A stretch of 63,652 bases of DNA, counting the filler, from Lama guanicoe (taxonomy: Eukaryota): assembly GCA_013239625.1 (NCBI GenBank). It is 136 parts of 136 records of this genome, joined end to end, with 100 filler letters (N's around TTAATTAATTAA, not from the genome) between each part and the next. Parts side by side here need not be neighbours in the genome. Positions count along the whole stretch, not along the records: positions 25,744 to 26,112 come from PNXV01058443.1; positions 26,213 to 26,581 come from PNXV01058444.1; positions 26,682 to 27,050 come from PNXV01058445.1; positions 27,151 to 27,519 come from PNXV01058446.1; positions 27,620 to 27,988 come from PNXV01058447.1; positions 28,089 to 28,456 come from PNXV01058448.1; positions 28,557 to 28,925 come from PNXV01058449.1; positions 29,026 to 29,394 come from PNXV01058450.1; 128 more parts are not named here. One strand, given 5' to 3'. Within the stretch, counting starts at the first letter, position 1. Each line of letters starts with the position of its first letter. Positions 25,744 to 38,610 of the stretch are shown piece after piece. A model generated the notes under the pieces. That model was given only the letters and a program-made list of their open reading frames with translations, did no database searches and was not told the DNA's origin. Both the position numbers and the translations under genes were made by a program.

Positions 25744-26112
25744 CCATTATCAACATCTTCCACCGTAGTGGTACTTTGTTCCAGGTGATGGATCTGCATT
25801 GACACACGTTATCATCCAAAGTGCACAGCTTACATTAGGGTTCACTGTTGGCGTTGTGCGTTCTCTGGGTTTAAACAAATTTATGATGACACATCTCCCC
25901 TATTTGGAATATTTTCACTCTTTGTAAAAATCCTCTCTGTGCTGCCTATTCATAACCCCCCTCACCCTCAACCCAACACCAACCCTAGGAAAATACTGAT
26001 ATTTTTCCTGTCTCCATAGCTTTGCCTTTTCTAGAGTGTCATATAGTTGGAATCATATAGCATGTAGCCTTTTCAGGTTGGCTTTTTTCACTTAGTAATA
26101 TGCATTTAAGTT
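25744..26112 (-). mobile_element. Old L1 (L1MC-like) 3'UTR
   Basis: tacattagggttcactgttggcgttgtgcgttct...tagttggaatcatatagcatgtagccttttcag...cacttagtaatatgcatttaag. Confidence 0.85.
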
Positions 26113-28088
26113 NNNNNNNNNNNNNNNNNNNNNNNNNNNNNNNNNNNNNNNNNNNNTTAATTAATTAANNNNNNNNNNNNNNNNNNNNNNNNNNNNNNNN
26201 NNNNNNNNNNNNTTGTACACGTATTCCCCCTGCCTTATTTTATTCTTAGATAATTTGAAGCATTGTTTGGACACACTGCCATTAAATGAGATGAACTTTC
26301 TCTAACTTTATGTAGACTGTTTTGCCTTAACATTGTATACATCGCATATGACTCAGGAATGTGAAGAAATGACAATCTTATTTCCTGAAAAGCACATGAA
26401 CAGCATTTTAATTTTTATAAAGTTGACTTTCTTCATGAGTATACATTTCCATATTTAATCATCCCTTTTATTATATATCAATTTTTATTTTTAAAGTGAA
26501 GAATTATTGCCATACTTAGATGCCCACTGTTTTAATAGATATACCTATGCATAAGAAATATGTCCACCCTAAAAAAAAAAANNNNNNNNNNNNNNNNNNN
26601 NNNNNNNNNNNNNNNNNNNNNNNNNTTAATTAATTAANNNNNNNNNNNNNNNNNNNNNNNNNNNNNNNNNNNNNNNNNNNNGTCCCCAAACCTAGGAGCA
26701 GATATTATTGCAATCAAAGTACAGTCTAGAAATGAACTCGGTGCCGATTCTCAGCAATACACCAGAGCTCTGACCAGATGGATAGTAATACCTGAGATTC
26801 TGGTCCAATGGAAAATGCTGGGATGAAGAAATATGATTATTCAGATGGAGACTAGCATGGGATGTGGAAAATATGGGGCCTAATTGGCAAGGTAAAAAAA
26901 TCAGATTTATCAGGAAGATGATGTGGTGAGGAAAAGCAGACACGTGGCAGGCAGGGGGTGAGCCTGATTAGGGGGCAGCTTCCAAACATAGAGGGGCCTT
27001 CGATGAAACAGCCCAGCTGACACGGGGCTGCACCTTCATGAGAACCAGGANNNNNNNNNNNNNNNNNNNNNNNNNNNNNNNNNNNNNNNNNNNNTTAATT
27101 AATTAANNNNNNNNNNNNNNNNNNNNNNNNNNNNNNNNNNNNNNNNNNNNTTCACAAAAGAATTGAGGAAAGAAAATTCCTTAAGTGAAATATTCACCAT
27201 TACCATCATCTCTTCTGCTCTCCCCTCTCTCCACCGAATTTTCATTACATGATGCTTTTTCCCAATGCTCTACGGCCCTCTCCCTGCATCACAGATTAGC
27301 TAGACATGCCCATTTCCCCAAAGCTGACCACCTTGTATAAAGACAGCAACAGGCTCCCCCCTTAAACACAGCTAGTCCCCAATTTCTCAGGAACTGAGAT
27401 AGAGCTATCCTTAATTTCCTTTTTTTTAGTTGAAGGAGTTGATATTATACAAGTTACAGGTGTACAATCTAGTGATTCACAATTTTTAAAGGGTATTCTC
27501 CATTTATAGTTATTATAAANNNNNNNNNNNNNNNNNNNNNNNNNNNNNNNNNNNNNNNNNNNNTTAATTAATTAANNNNNNNNNNNNNNNNNNNNNNNNN
27601 NNNNNNNNNNNNNNNNNNNTTTTACGTTGTACCGGGGAGGAAAGGAGTTATCTGGTAAAATGACGTGCATGTCAGTGATTTTGCAGAAATAATCATTTAC
27701 AGAAGCTTGCATGGATGCATCATGTCCATAAGTGCCTTGCTGTTTAAGGTGAAGGAAATACATTTCACAGTTCGGAGGCTCATGTGTCTAAGACGTCCCA
27801 GGAGCACAGGTTTACTTCTCTCCGGCATTAGGTCAGCTTCTCTGGAAAAGTTAGCTGCTCTGCCGAACGCTGTTGCTCACACGCTGTAGAAGAAAACAAA
27901 TTGACTTACGCTGGATTTTAGTAGGCGCAGAGAGTGACTTTGCTTAATATTGGTACTAAATTATTCAATAATTAAAAGATGATAAAAANNNNNNNNNNNN
28001 NNNNNNNNNNNNNNNNNNNNNNNNNNNNNNNNTTAATTAATTAANNNNNNNNNNNNNNNNNNNNNNNNNNNNNNNNNNNNNNNNNNNN

Positions 28089-28456
28089 AATGTAGAATAT
28101 GGAATGTAGAACACAGAATATCGAATATGGAATACAGTATTCAGAACACAGAATTTAGAACATGAAATGCAGAACAAAGAATATAGAACATAGAAAACAG
28201 AATACAGAACCCAGAATTCAGAATATGGATTTCAGAACACAGAATTTAGAATATACAATGTAGAACACAATATACAAAATATAGAATACAAAATAAAGTA
28301 CACAGAATTTAGAACATGGAATGAAGGACACAGCATGAAGTATATAGTATATAGAAATAGAATGTAGATTATAGAAGGTAGAACACAGTATATAGTATAT
28401 AGAATTGAGAACGCAGTACCCAGAATTTAGAACAAGGAATGCAGGACAGAATATAG
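28089..28456. repeat. Degenerate 7-bp (AGAAYAY-like) tandem repeat filling the contig
   Basis: Continuous heptamers agaatat/agaacac/ggaatgt/agaattt; roughly 50 units. Confidence 0.92.
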
Positions 28457-29159
28457 NNNNNNNNNNNNNNNNNNNNNNNNNNNNNNNNNNNNNNNNNNNN
28501 TTAATTAATTAANNNNNNNNNNNNNNNNNNNNNNNNNNNNNNNNNNNNNNNNNNNNGATGCTTGGGGAGCTGTGAAATGCAACAAGAAAAGGCCGTTGTT
28601 TCCTGTAAGAGCCTGCAGGCATTCTGGGAGGGCACTGGGAGGGATAAACTCCAGCTTGGCAAACTCAGAGCGGTGGCGCAGACGTACACACTCATTATAA
28701 TCCTAGGGCCCAGCACCAGGGAAGGACAGCCATGTGGAATTGATTGGGCATAAGCAGGGCCCAGAAGATTGTAATTTAAAAACAATTTAATTATAAAAAG
28801 AAAATAAGCAGACCCCAAAGGGAGGAAAATGGCAGAGAGTGCACGTGAGAGAAAATTCTTGTGTATGTACGTCCAGGGGGGGAGAGACGGTGAGAGAAAA
28901 GCACAGAAATAAATAGAAAGACAGANNNNNNNNNNNNNNNNNNNNNNNNNNNNNNNNNNNNNNNNNNNNTTAATTAATTAANNNNNNNNNNNNNNNNNNN
29001 NNNNNNNNNNNNNNNNNNNNNNNNNGATGCTGGAAAATCACTCCCTCTGGTATCATTTTCCTGCTGCTGCTATGAACTAAAGCATCATTTCCAGCTTTTA
29101 AAAAACTATCATCATCATGTCTATCTCATTTAATTCTTACCTACTTTTTCAAATATAAA

Positions 29160-29394
29160 AGCTTTTGTGAGATGGAATTCACATGCTGTACAATTCTATG
29201 ATTTTCGATAAATTCAGTCGTGCAGCCATCACTACCATCAATTCTAAAACATTTCCAGCCCCTTCCCCCCACCCACACACACAAAAAGTAAAAGAAAAGA
29301 ACCCACACTCATTGGCAACCACACCCCAGCCCAGCCCCTGACAACCACTCCTCTGCTTTCTTTGGATTCATGTATTCTGGACGTTTCATATAAA
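29160..29394 (-). mobile_element. Old L1 3' fragment
   Basis: gtgcagccatcactaccatcaattctaaaacatttcc...cagcccctgacaaccact...ttctggacgtttcatataaa. Confidence 0.75.
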
Positions 29395-30277
29395 NNNNNN
29401 NNNNNNNNNNNNNNNNNNNNNNNNNNNNNNNNNNNNNNTTAATTAATTAANNNNNNNNNNNNNNNNNNNNNNNNNNNNNNNNNNNNNNNNNNNNGTGTTT
29501 CATTGATTTCTTTTCTGTGGGGTGACATGTTTCAATTCATTTCTCATTTTTTTGTGTGCATCTTTTATAGGTAATTTCTTTGTGGTTCCCATGGGGATTA
29601 CATACACCATTTTTAATAACAATTTATTTTAGACAACTTAACTTTAATCACATACAAAAACCCTACTTCCCCTTTAAATCTCCCTCCACTATATGTTATT
29701 GATGTCACAAATTACATCTTTTTATATTTTGTATCCATCCACAAGTTTTTATAGTTTATACTTTTATCCTTCAAATTCTATATTTAAAAGTGACTTACAT
29801 ACCTATTACAGTATAAAAGGATTCTCTATTTGTCTATATATTTACCTTTATCAAAGAGCTTTANNNNNNNNNNNNNNNNNNNNNNNNNNNNNNNNNNNNN
29901 NNNNNNNTTAATTAATTAANNNNNNNNNNNNNNNNNNNNNNNNNNNNNNNNNNNNNNNNNNNNCTTGGCATGGGCACAGTGTTCCCAGTGTCCGTGAGCG
30001 GGCTGCCTCTGCCCCTCTGCAAGGCAGGCAGTGAAATCGGACAGATCGCCCGTACATCCGTGAGTCTCCCTTTGATGGAGCCCACCTTGGTGGGACGTCC
30101 ATTTCCCAGAGGAGGCTCTCTTGTGTTCTGTTGAAAATCAGCCTCCAGGAATCTCACGTGGGAATACTGTGGACAAAGGAGAAGCTTCTAGGGAGACGTT
30201 CTGAGGTCCTTTGTGCTGCGTACAGTCAGGGGGGAAATTTACATGGATATTGACTGTGTATTAAGATCACTTTCGCC

Positions 30278-30331
30278 GGGAGGGGTGTAGCTCAGTGGTA
30301 GAGCACATGCTTAGCATGCACGGGGTCCTGG
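30278..30331 (+). mobile_element. tRNA-Ala(AGC)-derived SINE, 5' half
   Basis: gggaggggtgtagctcagtggtagagcacatgcttagcatgcacggggtcctgg: A-box and an AGC anticodon loop; same family as the other SINE copies. Confidence 0.85.
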
Positions 30332-31016
30332 NNNNNNNNNNNNNNNNNNNNNNNNNNNNNNNNNNNNNNNNNNNNTTAATTAATTAANNNNNNNNNNNNN
30401 NNNNNNNNNNNNNNNNNNNNNNNNNNNNNNNCTTTGCTGTTCATTTATTTTCTACATAGGCGTTTGTATCCGCGAATTCCAAACTCCTAATTAAATTAGG
30501 AATCATCTCATTTTGAAAAGAGCTCCGTGGGGACCTGATGCCCATCAATCCATCTCCCTAATTTCACTTTCCAAGTTAGGAAGGAAGAAAGGAGCTCAGG
30601 CCTTGACACCTCAAACTCCTCCTGCCCCCTCCTCCTCGGCCCTTATCTTCCTCCCACCTCCCTCCATCCGTGTCCATCATGGGAATCCAGTGCTTCCCCA
30701 TCTTTATGAGAAGCACAAACATGTAAATTCCTCGAATGCCTTAGGCCTCCAGTGATTCTATTTGCAAATATTCCGGAAAGAAAAAGCACGGCCCCTAAAG
30801 NNNNNNNNNNNNNNNNNNNNNNNNNNNNNNNNNNNNNNNNNNNNTTAATTAATTAANNNNNNNNNNNNNNNNNNNNNNNNNNNNNNNNNNNNNNNNNNNN
30901 ACATATACATACATATATTCACTTTCATGTTCTTTTTCATTATAGGTTAATACAAGATATTGAATATAGCTCCTTGTACTACACAGTAGAAACTTATTGT
31001 TTATTCAACATAAATT

Positions 31017-31225
31017 TTGGAGGCCAGAAGGCAGTGGGCTGATATATTCAACGTGCTAAAAGAAAAAACTATCAACCAAGAATCTTATATTTGGCAAAAT
31101 AGTCCTTCAAAAGTGAGGGGAAAATTCAGACATTCCCAAGCACCAGGGGAATCTGTGACCAGTAGACTTAAACTGCAAGAAATACTTAAAAGGAGTCCTG
31201 CAGGTTGAAACAAAAAGACACTAGA
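31017..31225 (+). mobile_element. Old L1 ORF1 fragment, flanked by an antisense L1 3'UTR (30901-31003) and a short L1 tail (31228-31267)
   Basis: EARRQWADIFNVLKEK...QPRILY.AK.SFKSEG.IQTFP, the L1 ORF1p C-terminal region, with a frameshift and a stop. Confidence 0.85.
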
Positions 31226-33374
31226 CATGAAAATGATTATAAATCAATAAAAAATGTTAAAAAAAAANNNNNNNNNNNNNNNNNNNNNNNNNNNNNNNNN
31301 NNNNNNNNNNNTTAATTAATTAANNNNNNNNNNNNNNNNNNNNNNNNNNNNNNNNNNNNNNNNNNNNGACAACATGGTCTATCTTTCTCCTCTCCTAGAC
31401 TAAGGGCCATCTTTGTGTCTGCAACAGTGTCTTGTACATAGTAAATGCTCAAGAAATGTCTATGAGTAGTTGCTTCAAATGAATGGAAGACCCCTACCTT
31501 CCTTTGAATCACAGCTCAAGGGATTACCTCTCTTAAGAAGTTTTCTTAAGTTAACCAAGGACAACTTCCCCTTTCAGAAGAACCCAATCCTCTCTTATTT
31601 TTAGATACAGTTAATGGGGCAGAATTAATAATAGTACATAATATTTATTTAGAATTTACCACATCAGGCACTGTAGTAAACACTTCATCTAGCTTCCCTT
31701 CCTTAGTTTTCACAACAGCCCAATGAATTCAGTTCANNNNNNNNNNNNNNNNNNNNNNNNNNNNNNNNNNNNNNNNNNNNTTAATTAATTAANNNNNNNN
31801 NNNNNNNNNNNNNNNNNNNNNNNNNNNNNNNNNNNNTATACTAATAAAGGTCACAGCCCAGGGGAACAGTCTCACAAAAGAATGAAACCTAATCATGGGA
31901 CTATAAAACACTTTCCCTCCCAACACACCTTAGGAACACATCACTAAAACCCTAGGTACTAGAGTTCAACAAAATGATGTCTAGTTTTCAACAAAAAAAT
32001 TATGAGGCACATTGAGAGGAAAACAGGAGAGTTTGAACAGACAAAGCAAGTGTCACAACCGGACCCATATAGCATTAAGATGTTGAAATTATCAGACCAG
32101 AAATTTTGAAAAATGTGATTAATATGTTAATAACTCTAATTTTAAAAGTAGACAATATGCAAGAACAAATGAGTAATGTAAACAGAGAGATGAACATTCT
32201 AAGAANNNNNNNNNNNNNNNNNNNNNNNNNNNNNNNNNNNNNNNNNNNNTTAATTAATTAANNNNNNNNNNNNNNNNNNNNNNNNNNNNNNNNNNNNNNN
32301 NNNNNGGGGGGGATTGCAAGGACGCTGTGGCAGCTCCTCTCCGTGTTCACCTCCCCCACCAGGGAAGGCAGAACCTACTCTGCCAAGGGCCCTGTGCACA
32401 TTCCCTTCTCTCTGAGGAACCCTGATTTTTGTCTCTGGTGCACGTAAGGCAGAAACTTCCTGATACCAGTATGGATTTTAAACACCAGTGAGTCTGAAAG
32501 GACCACAGGTTTTTCTGCAGCTCTTTTCTAGCATTTGCCAGCCCCCCGTGCCTGGACTGGTTTGAATACTTTTTCTCCCTGTGCCATTTACTCTCCCACT
32601 TCCTGCCTTCCACCCACCACCCTGGGATGAATGGATTTTTGTAATTCTAGCTGTTGTATTTTGTGGATCTGTTANNNNNNNNNNNNNNNNNNNNNNNNNN
32701 NNNNNNNNNNNNNNNNNNTTAATTAATTAANNNNNNNNNNNNNNNNNNNNNNNNNNNNNNNNNNNNNNNNNNNNGATTGGGTGATGGCTAGGACTGGTGT
32801 AATGACAGTATCACTTGCATAAGGAATAGAGAAGATTAGAGAGTAGGAATAGGGAAGGAAAGTCAGTGATTTGAGTTCTGTGCATCTTGGAGGTATCCAA
32901 GCAATCATTAGGGGTTGGGTACACATCTCAGACTTTCCCTGTCCATGGATGGCAGGGTGCAGAAGAGCCGAGAATAGCCGTCTACCTGTCCTGGGCTGCT
33001 CATCCCACATTTAGGTTACCCCTTCTGCTTCCAAGCTCAGGGTCTAACTCCCAAAGCCTTCTAGTTACCCCAGAACTTTGTGAGGTTTACCAGTGAGGAG
33101 CTTTTCCAAGTCCCATGCTAGGAACTCCCTCCCTGGGGGCTTCNNNNNNNNNNNNNNNNNNNNNNNNNNNNNNNNNNNNNNNNNNNNTTAATTAATTAAN
33201 NNNNNNNNNNNNNNNNNNNNNNNNNNNNNNNNNNNNNNNNNNNCCCCTTCCATGTCCTCCACGACAGAGGGTCCCGGTGGGGCGGCCCCGGGGCTGCTGT
33301 GGAGACTCGGTGCCCCTGCCGTGGAAAGGGGGGGCAGTCAGTGAGGCCAGGAGGGGAAGGGGGAGGGCAGATTC

Positions 33375-33393
33375 AGGCCACTAGGGGGCAGAA
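33375..33393 (+). promoter_or_regulatory. CTCF core motif (candidate)
   Basis: AGGCCACTAGGGGGCAGAA, an essentially consensus match in GC-rich unique sequence. Confidence 0.55.
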
Positions 33394-35918
33394 TCCAGCT
33401 CCCCAGGTGCACGGGTGGGTGGGGACAGACCCTGTGTTCCCGAGTGCACAGCAGTGAACCCAGCAGACACTGGGGGAGCAGAGAGAGGGCCTAAATGCCT
33501 GGGAATGAAGCTCAGGAACAGACATCGAAGGGAGGGTCCCGTTCCAGAGGGGTCTCGGAGCAGAGAAGTCCCTCCTGGCTCAGGCCGGGCCCCTCCTGCC
33601 TGCAGCTTGGGGNNNNNNNNNNNNNNNNNNNNNNNNNNNNNNNNNNNNNNNNNNNNTTAATTAATTAANNNNNNNNNNNNNNNNNNNNNNNNNNNNNNNN
33701 NNNNNNNNNNNNTTAGAAATGTAGTTATTGTTGCTTTTGGAATAAACTTAAATATAGATGATGATTCAAAGGAAGAGGGAGAAGAGAAGGAGAAAGATGG
33801 ACATACATTTCAGAGCACCATCATCGAGTCCCGGGGAAGGACAATGAGAACTAGGCAGACACATGAGGGCAGGCTTCTCCCCACACTGGTCAGCCAAGGG
33901 GACATGAGGGGCACACACAGGGGATGGTCTGACCCAGGGCTGCAGCGAAGGCAGGTGCGAGGGAGGAGCGCAGCCGGGATGCCGGGGGCCAGTGCTTGCT
34001 CTGAGGCAGATAAAGCTGGGGACCAAGAGGAACCCCCCGGGGAGATGGCTGAGGGGACAGAAAGGAGGGCCCGGCAGAGAANNNNNNNNNNNNNNNNNNN
34101 NNNNNNNNNNNNNNNNNNNNNNNNNTTAATTAATTAANNNNNNNNNNNNNNNNNNNNNNNNNNNNNNNNNNNNNNNNNNNNTAGGAAAGAAAGGATCTTC
34201 TAGGTTTTCCTTAGAAGGGGCTCAACTGTTGGGAGCCATGCTGGTGCCTGAGTCATAGGTGCCCTTATGACATCACGACCATCCCCTCCTCCCCTCTTCC
34301 TGCCAGAGCTGTGGCTGGAAGGAGAACAGACCTGGAAGTGATGGGAACATCTAGCCCTTAACCATCCTAACCGTGGGTAATTTGGTAGAGCTCAGACCTG
34401 AGGGCATTTGACATCCACCCCAAGGCATGGGCATTTGATGTTTTGTAAGAGACAGTCTGATTTCCCCAGACTTTCTGGAGGGCAGTACATGTCCCAGAGT
34501 TACCTCTGGAGGGGATCCCTTCGCCATGTTGGAGATCCTACGAAAGTCCANNNNNNNNNNNNNNNNNNNNNNNNNNNNNNNNNNNNNNNNNNNNTTAATT
34601 AATTAANNNNNNNNNNNNNNNNNNNNNNNNNNNNNNNNNNNNNNNNNNNNTGCTCTTTGTTCAGCCTGCTGTGCGGAGCTGGGTTTGAGAGAGTCGCCAA
34701 AGCTTTGGAATTTACACTGTGGCAGCATACCAAATGCAAAACGAGCAGTTTATTCTTCTAAGCGGAGCTGTGAGGTCAGCTGCCCACCCCACACCCACCC
34801 CACCCCCACTGGCAGGGCTCTGCTCGCCACCAGGTGGCCAGGAGGCCACCTCCTCAGTAGTGACCTGCACCTGCCAACACAAGACGTCATCAAAGTGCCT
34901 CACGATGTTCCAGCACGAACCCTGTGTGCGGAGAGAAGCTGGAGTGAAAACACAAGAAGCAGAGGCAAGAGACTCACTCAGAAAAGGCCATTTGGTTTGG
35001 CCCAGCTTTTTTTTTTTTTNNNNNNNNNNNNNNNNNNNNNNNNNNNNNNNNNNNNNNNNNNNNTTAATTAATTAANNNNNNNNNNNNNNNNNNNNNNNNN
35101 NNNNNNNNNNNNNNNNNNNTTTTTTTTAAAGTAAGGGTCACCAGAAACAATCATATGTTTTTGATAAAGTAAAACCTTGTAAACCGTGCACGTTGCTGGT
35201 CCAAGAACAGTTAAGTGATTTGTTAACAAAATGGGAGGAGAAATTGTAAGGCTCTTGTGGGATTTATAACCCACAGATAATTAAGTAAATTGCAGTGATG
35301 CTATTGCATCAGCTTTAAAACCTCCTATTCCTACTATTGATAAAGGAGAGGAGCACTCAGCAGTCTCTTTCCTCTTCTCTCTTCTAAACGTCCATCAATG
35401 AATCCAGACTCTATAGTAAAATCTTCTCTTGGCCTCATTTAACTCCAACCACATTTTCTTTCCTTTTCCAATAGTAAAAGCCTCCCTTNNNNNNNNNNNN
35501 NNNNNNNNNNNNNNNNNNNNNNNNNNNNNNNNTTAATTAATTAANNNNNNNNNNNNNNNNNNNNNNNNNNNNNNNNNNNNNNNNNNNNAGAGAGGAAGAA
35601 CAGAGCCAACAAATACAGTAAGGAGAAAATGCAGTCACAAAGCTGGGGAAAGAAACTCCCCGTTCTGAGGAAATCTCTTCACACCAGCATAAGGGACTGT
35701 ATGTATTTTGCTTTTCACTGTCTATGCCACACCCAGCCGCCTTCCAAAATGACAAGTGGGAGGGGTCACTAGTCTAACACAAGAATGGAGTGAGGTGGAG
35801 GGCAAGAAACAGACTGTTTATTGATTCAGCGATTTTTAAAATGGAGGAATAGGATTATTCTATTCTTTGCAGCTTATTCCAAGTCCACATTTACTGACTG
35901 ATAAGACTATTTCTGTTC

Positions 35919-35957
35919 TTTTTTTAAGGGGGGGGCAGGAATTAGGTTTATTTATTT
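35919..35957 (-). mobile_element. SINE 3' tail at contig end
   Basis: ttttt-ggggggg-caggaattaggtttatttattt, the reverse complement of the SINE tail. Confidence 0.7.
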
Positions 35958-36057
35958 NNNNNNNNNNNNNNNNNNNNNNNNNNNNNNNNNNNNNNNNNNN
36001 NTTAATTAATTAANNNNNNNNNNNNNNNNNNNNNNNNNNNNNNNNNNNNNNNNNNNN

Positions 36058-36426
36058 TTCCTTAACAATTTCCTCATCTCTCTTCTGGCTGTAGGGTGGC
36101 TCAGTGGAATCCATTTTGTTAACACCAATGATTAGCTGTTTCACACCCAGAGTGTGAGCCAGAAGGGCATGCTCACGGGGCTGCCCATTCTTGGAGATCC
36201 CTGCTTCAAAGTCACCGAAAACAGCAGCCACAATCAGGCAGCACAGTCAGCCTTAGATATGCCTGCAATCATGTTTTTGATAAAGTCTCTGTGTCCTGGG
36301 GCAGCACTGATGGTCATGTAGTACTTGCTGGTCTCGAATTTCCACAGGGAGGTATCAATGGTGATACTGCACTCACGTTCTGCCTTCAGTTTGTCCAAGA
36401 CCCAGGCATACTTGAAGGAGCCCTTT
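36058..36426 (-). pseudogene. EEF1A1: Processed pseudogene of EEF1A1
   Basis: [62 protein letters not shown], then a -1 frameshift at ~36238, then [60 protein letters not shown]. No intron at SQ/ADC; G3 motif DAPG changed to AAPG. Confidence 0.96.
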
Positions 36427-36526
36427 NNNNNNNNNNNNNNNNNNNNNNNNNNNNNNNNNNNNNNNNNNNNTTAATTAATTAANNNNNNNNNNNNNNNNNN
36501 NNNNNNNNNNNNNNNNNNNNNNNNNN

Positions 36527-36895
36527 AGGAGGGACTGGTGAAGAGAGAACTTTCCGGCTTCATCTACCAGGGCTGCAGTGGCACCGAGGGCTTTCGGGCA
36601 TGGGGGCCATCCAGCCACAATAGACAGGCCACTTTGCAGGGAGCCTTTCCATATATTTGGCTTAGGGCCTCCGAGTCCTTGGAGGCTCAGGAGGCACTGT
36701 TTTTGACAGACTGTGGTTGAGGGATCTAGGAGGCAAATAGAGATTGGGGTGTGGTGGGAGGTGACCACGGGTTGTGATGTGTCCCAGACGACCGGGTTTG
36801 TGTCAGGAAGAAGGAGCGAAAGGGGGTATGTTTGAGGTTGGGGGCGTGTCTGAACGGTAGAGAACAAAGGCGGAGGAGGAGTCAATATGGATTGC
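36527..36895 (-). mobile_element. ERV1-class pol fragment: RT N-terminus fused to RT connection domain
   Basis: NPVVWDTSQPVVTSHHTPISICLLDPSTTVCQKQ...GLGGPKPNI resembles the HERV-H/F RT start. It is followed in frame by AGWPPCPKALGATAALVDEAGKFSLHQSL, like gammaretroviral GWPPCLR..A.KLT.GQPL. Confidence 0.8.
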
Positions 36896-37537
36896 NNNNN
36901 NNNNNNNNNNNNNNNNNNNNNNNNNNNNNNNNNNNNNNNTTAATTAATTAANNNNNNNNNNNNNNNNNNNNNNNNNNNNNNNNNNNNNNNNNNNNTGTAT
37001 TAGTAAAGTGCATCTGTCCAAAGCAGTCGTTCTCCACCAGTAGGATATTTCTGATTCACTTTGGGAGCTTTTTAAACTGCACAGTAACATCATTCACTTC
37101 TCTAGCACAAGAGTCTAGCCACCTTATGGTCATAAGTAATCTCCAGTTATATTGGAAAATAGACTAACAGGTTCTTAATTTGTCCTCTTCATTTATATTT
37201 TCTATGCTTGTGTGTTCTGATTTCTGAGTCTTTCATCCTTAGTTACTTCTTATTTTATTCCAACCTATGTCCTATTGTCAAGTATACATCAAATTGGTCT
37301 TTTACTTGTTGGGGTTGATATTACTTAATGGCTCCGAGTGTGGAATGTTATGGAAATCTGGATTNNNNNNNNNNNNNNNNNNNNNNNNNNNNNNNNNNNN
37401 NNNNNNNNTTAATTAATTAANNNNNNNNNNNNNNNNNNNNNNNNNNNNNNNNNNNNNNNNNNNNTGTGGCCACAGGTTTCCAGCTGATCTGCCCAAGTCA
37501 GGAACTGCCAGGCTCATCCCATTCTCATCACCAAAAC

Positions 37538-37833
37538 TGTCAGTGATAAAGTTTTGTCCCAACAGAGAAAACCTTTACACAAAAGTAGAAGGCAAAGAAA
37601 AGAATTTTTTATTGAATAAGCATTAAACCAGAAAATGATGCACATTACAGGCAATCTGCTAAGAGACTATAAAGACAGAAAGATATCACACATTTCTATG
37701 TAGTGAAACAGATACAACTCATTACACACATGTTCTCAAGATAAACAACTAGTCCTCAAGTAAGAAGACTGGACAGCACCATTTGTTGCATATAGTTTAT
37801 CCTAAATTCTCTTGGTAATTGGGATGACCATCT
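37538..37833 (-). mobile_element. ERV1 LTR (MER67/MER31-like)
   Basis: ttttattgaataagcattaaaccagaa...caagataaacaactagtcctcaagtaagaagact...ggtaattgggatgaccatct; starts with TG. Confidence 0.75.
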
Positions 37834-37933
37834 NNNNNNNNNNNNNNNNNNNNNNNNNNNNNNNNNNNNNNNNNNNNTTAATTAATTAANNNNNNNNNNN
37901 NNNNNNNNNNNNNNNNNNNNNNNNNNNNNNNNN

Positions 37934-38302
37934 GGGCTCTAAACCCAACAAAGTTAGAATCATATTCTTTTCAAATGCAAATGGAATATTAATTAAGATA
38001 GACACTATGCTGAGCCATAAAATGGCAAAGGACTGAAATCCCGGAGTATGCTTTCTGATCACAACGAAATGAATTTAGAAATTAGTAACATTCAGATATT
38101 CTGAAAAATCCCCAAATGTTTGGAAAGGAGACTACACATCTGAAATAACCACTATGTCAATGAAGTGACAAGGAGGTTTAGAATGTATTTCAAATTAATG
38201 ATGAGTTTTAAAAACATGACATTTGTGGGATACTGCTAAGCAAGAGAAATGCATGGCTTAAAACCTGTATATTGGAAAAGAAGACAGCTTTCAAAATTGA
38301 TG
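37934..38302 (+). mobile_element. Old L1 ORF2 endonuclease fragment
   Basis: agaatcatattcttttcaaatgca...agatagacactatgctgagccataaa...tttctgatcacaacgaaatgaatttagaaatt. Confidence 0.8.
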
Positions 38303-38458
38303 NNNNNNNNNNNNNNNNNNNNNNNNNNNNNNNNNNNNNNNNNNNNTTAATTAATTAANNNNNNNNNNNNNNNNNNNNNNNNNNNNNNNNNNNNNNNNNN
38401 NNACTCTGTCCAGCGGGCACAGGCTAGATGCTCAGTAATTATCTGCTGAATCAGGAGC

Positions 38459-38610
38459 AGGAGGGAGGGAGGGAGAGAGGACGGAAGGAAAGGAAGAAGG
38501 AAGGGAGGGAGAGAGGATGGATGGAAGGAAGGAAGGGAAGGAAAGAAGGAAGGGTGGGAGGGAGAGAGGAAGGATGGAAGGGAAGGAGGGATGGAGGGAG
38601 AGAGAGAGGA
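38459..38610 (+). repeat. Polypurine (GGAA/GGAG/GGAT)n simple repeat
   Basis: Almost purely G/A tract of tetramers. Confidence 0.9.

Noticed and set aside
30278..30331. tRNA-Ala(AGC) gene
   Set aside because: It has an extra 5' gggag leader and is truncated, and it matches the SINE family whose other copies carry AT tails and TSDs. A true tRNA cannot be fully excluded but is less likely.
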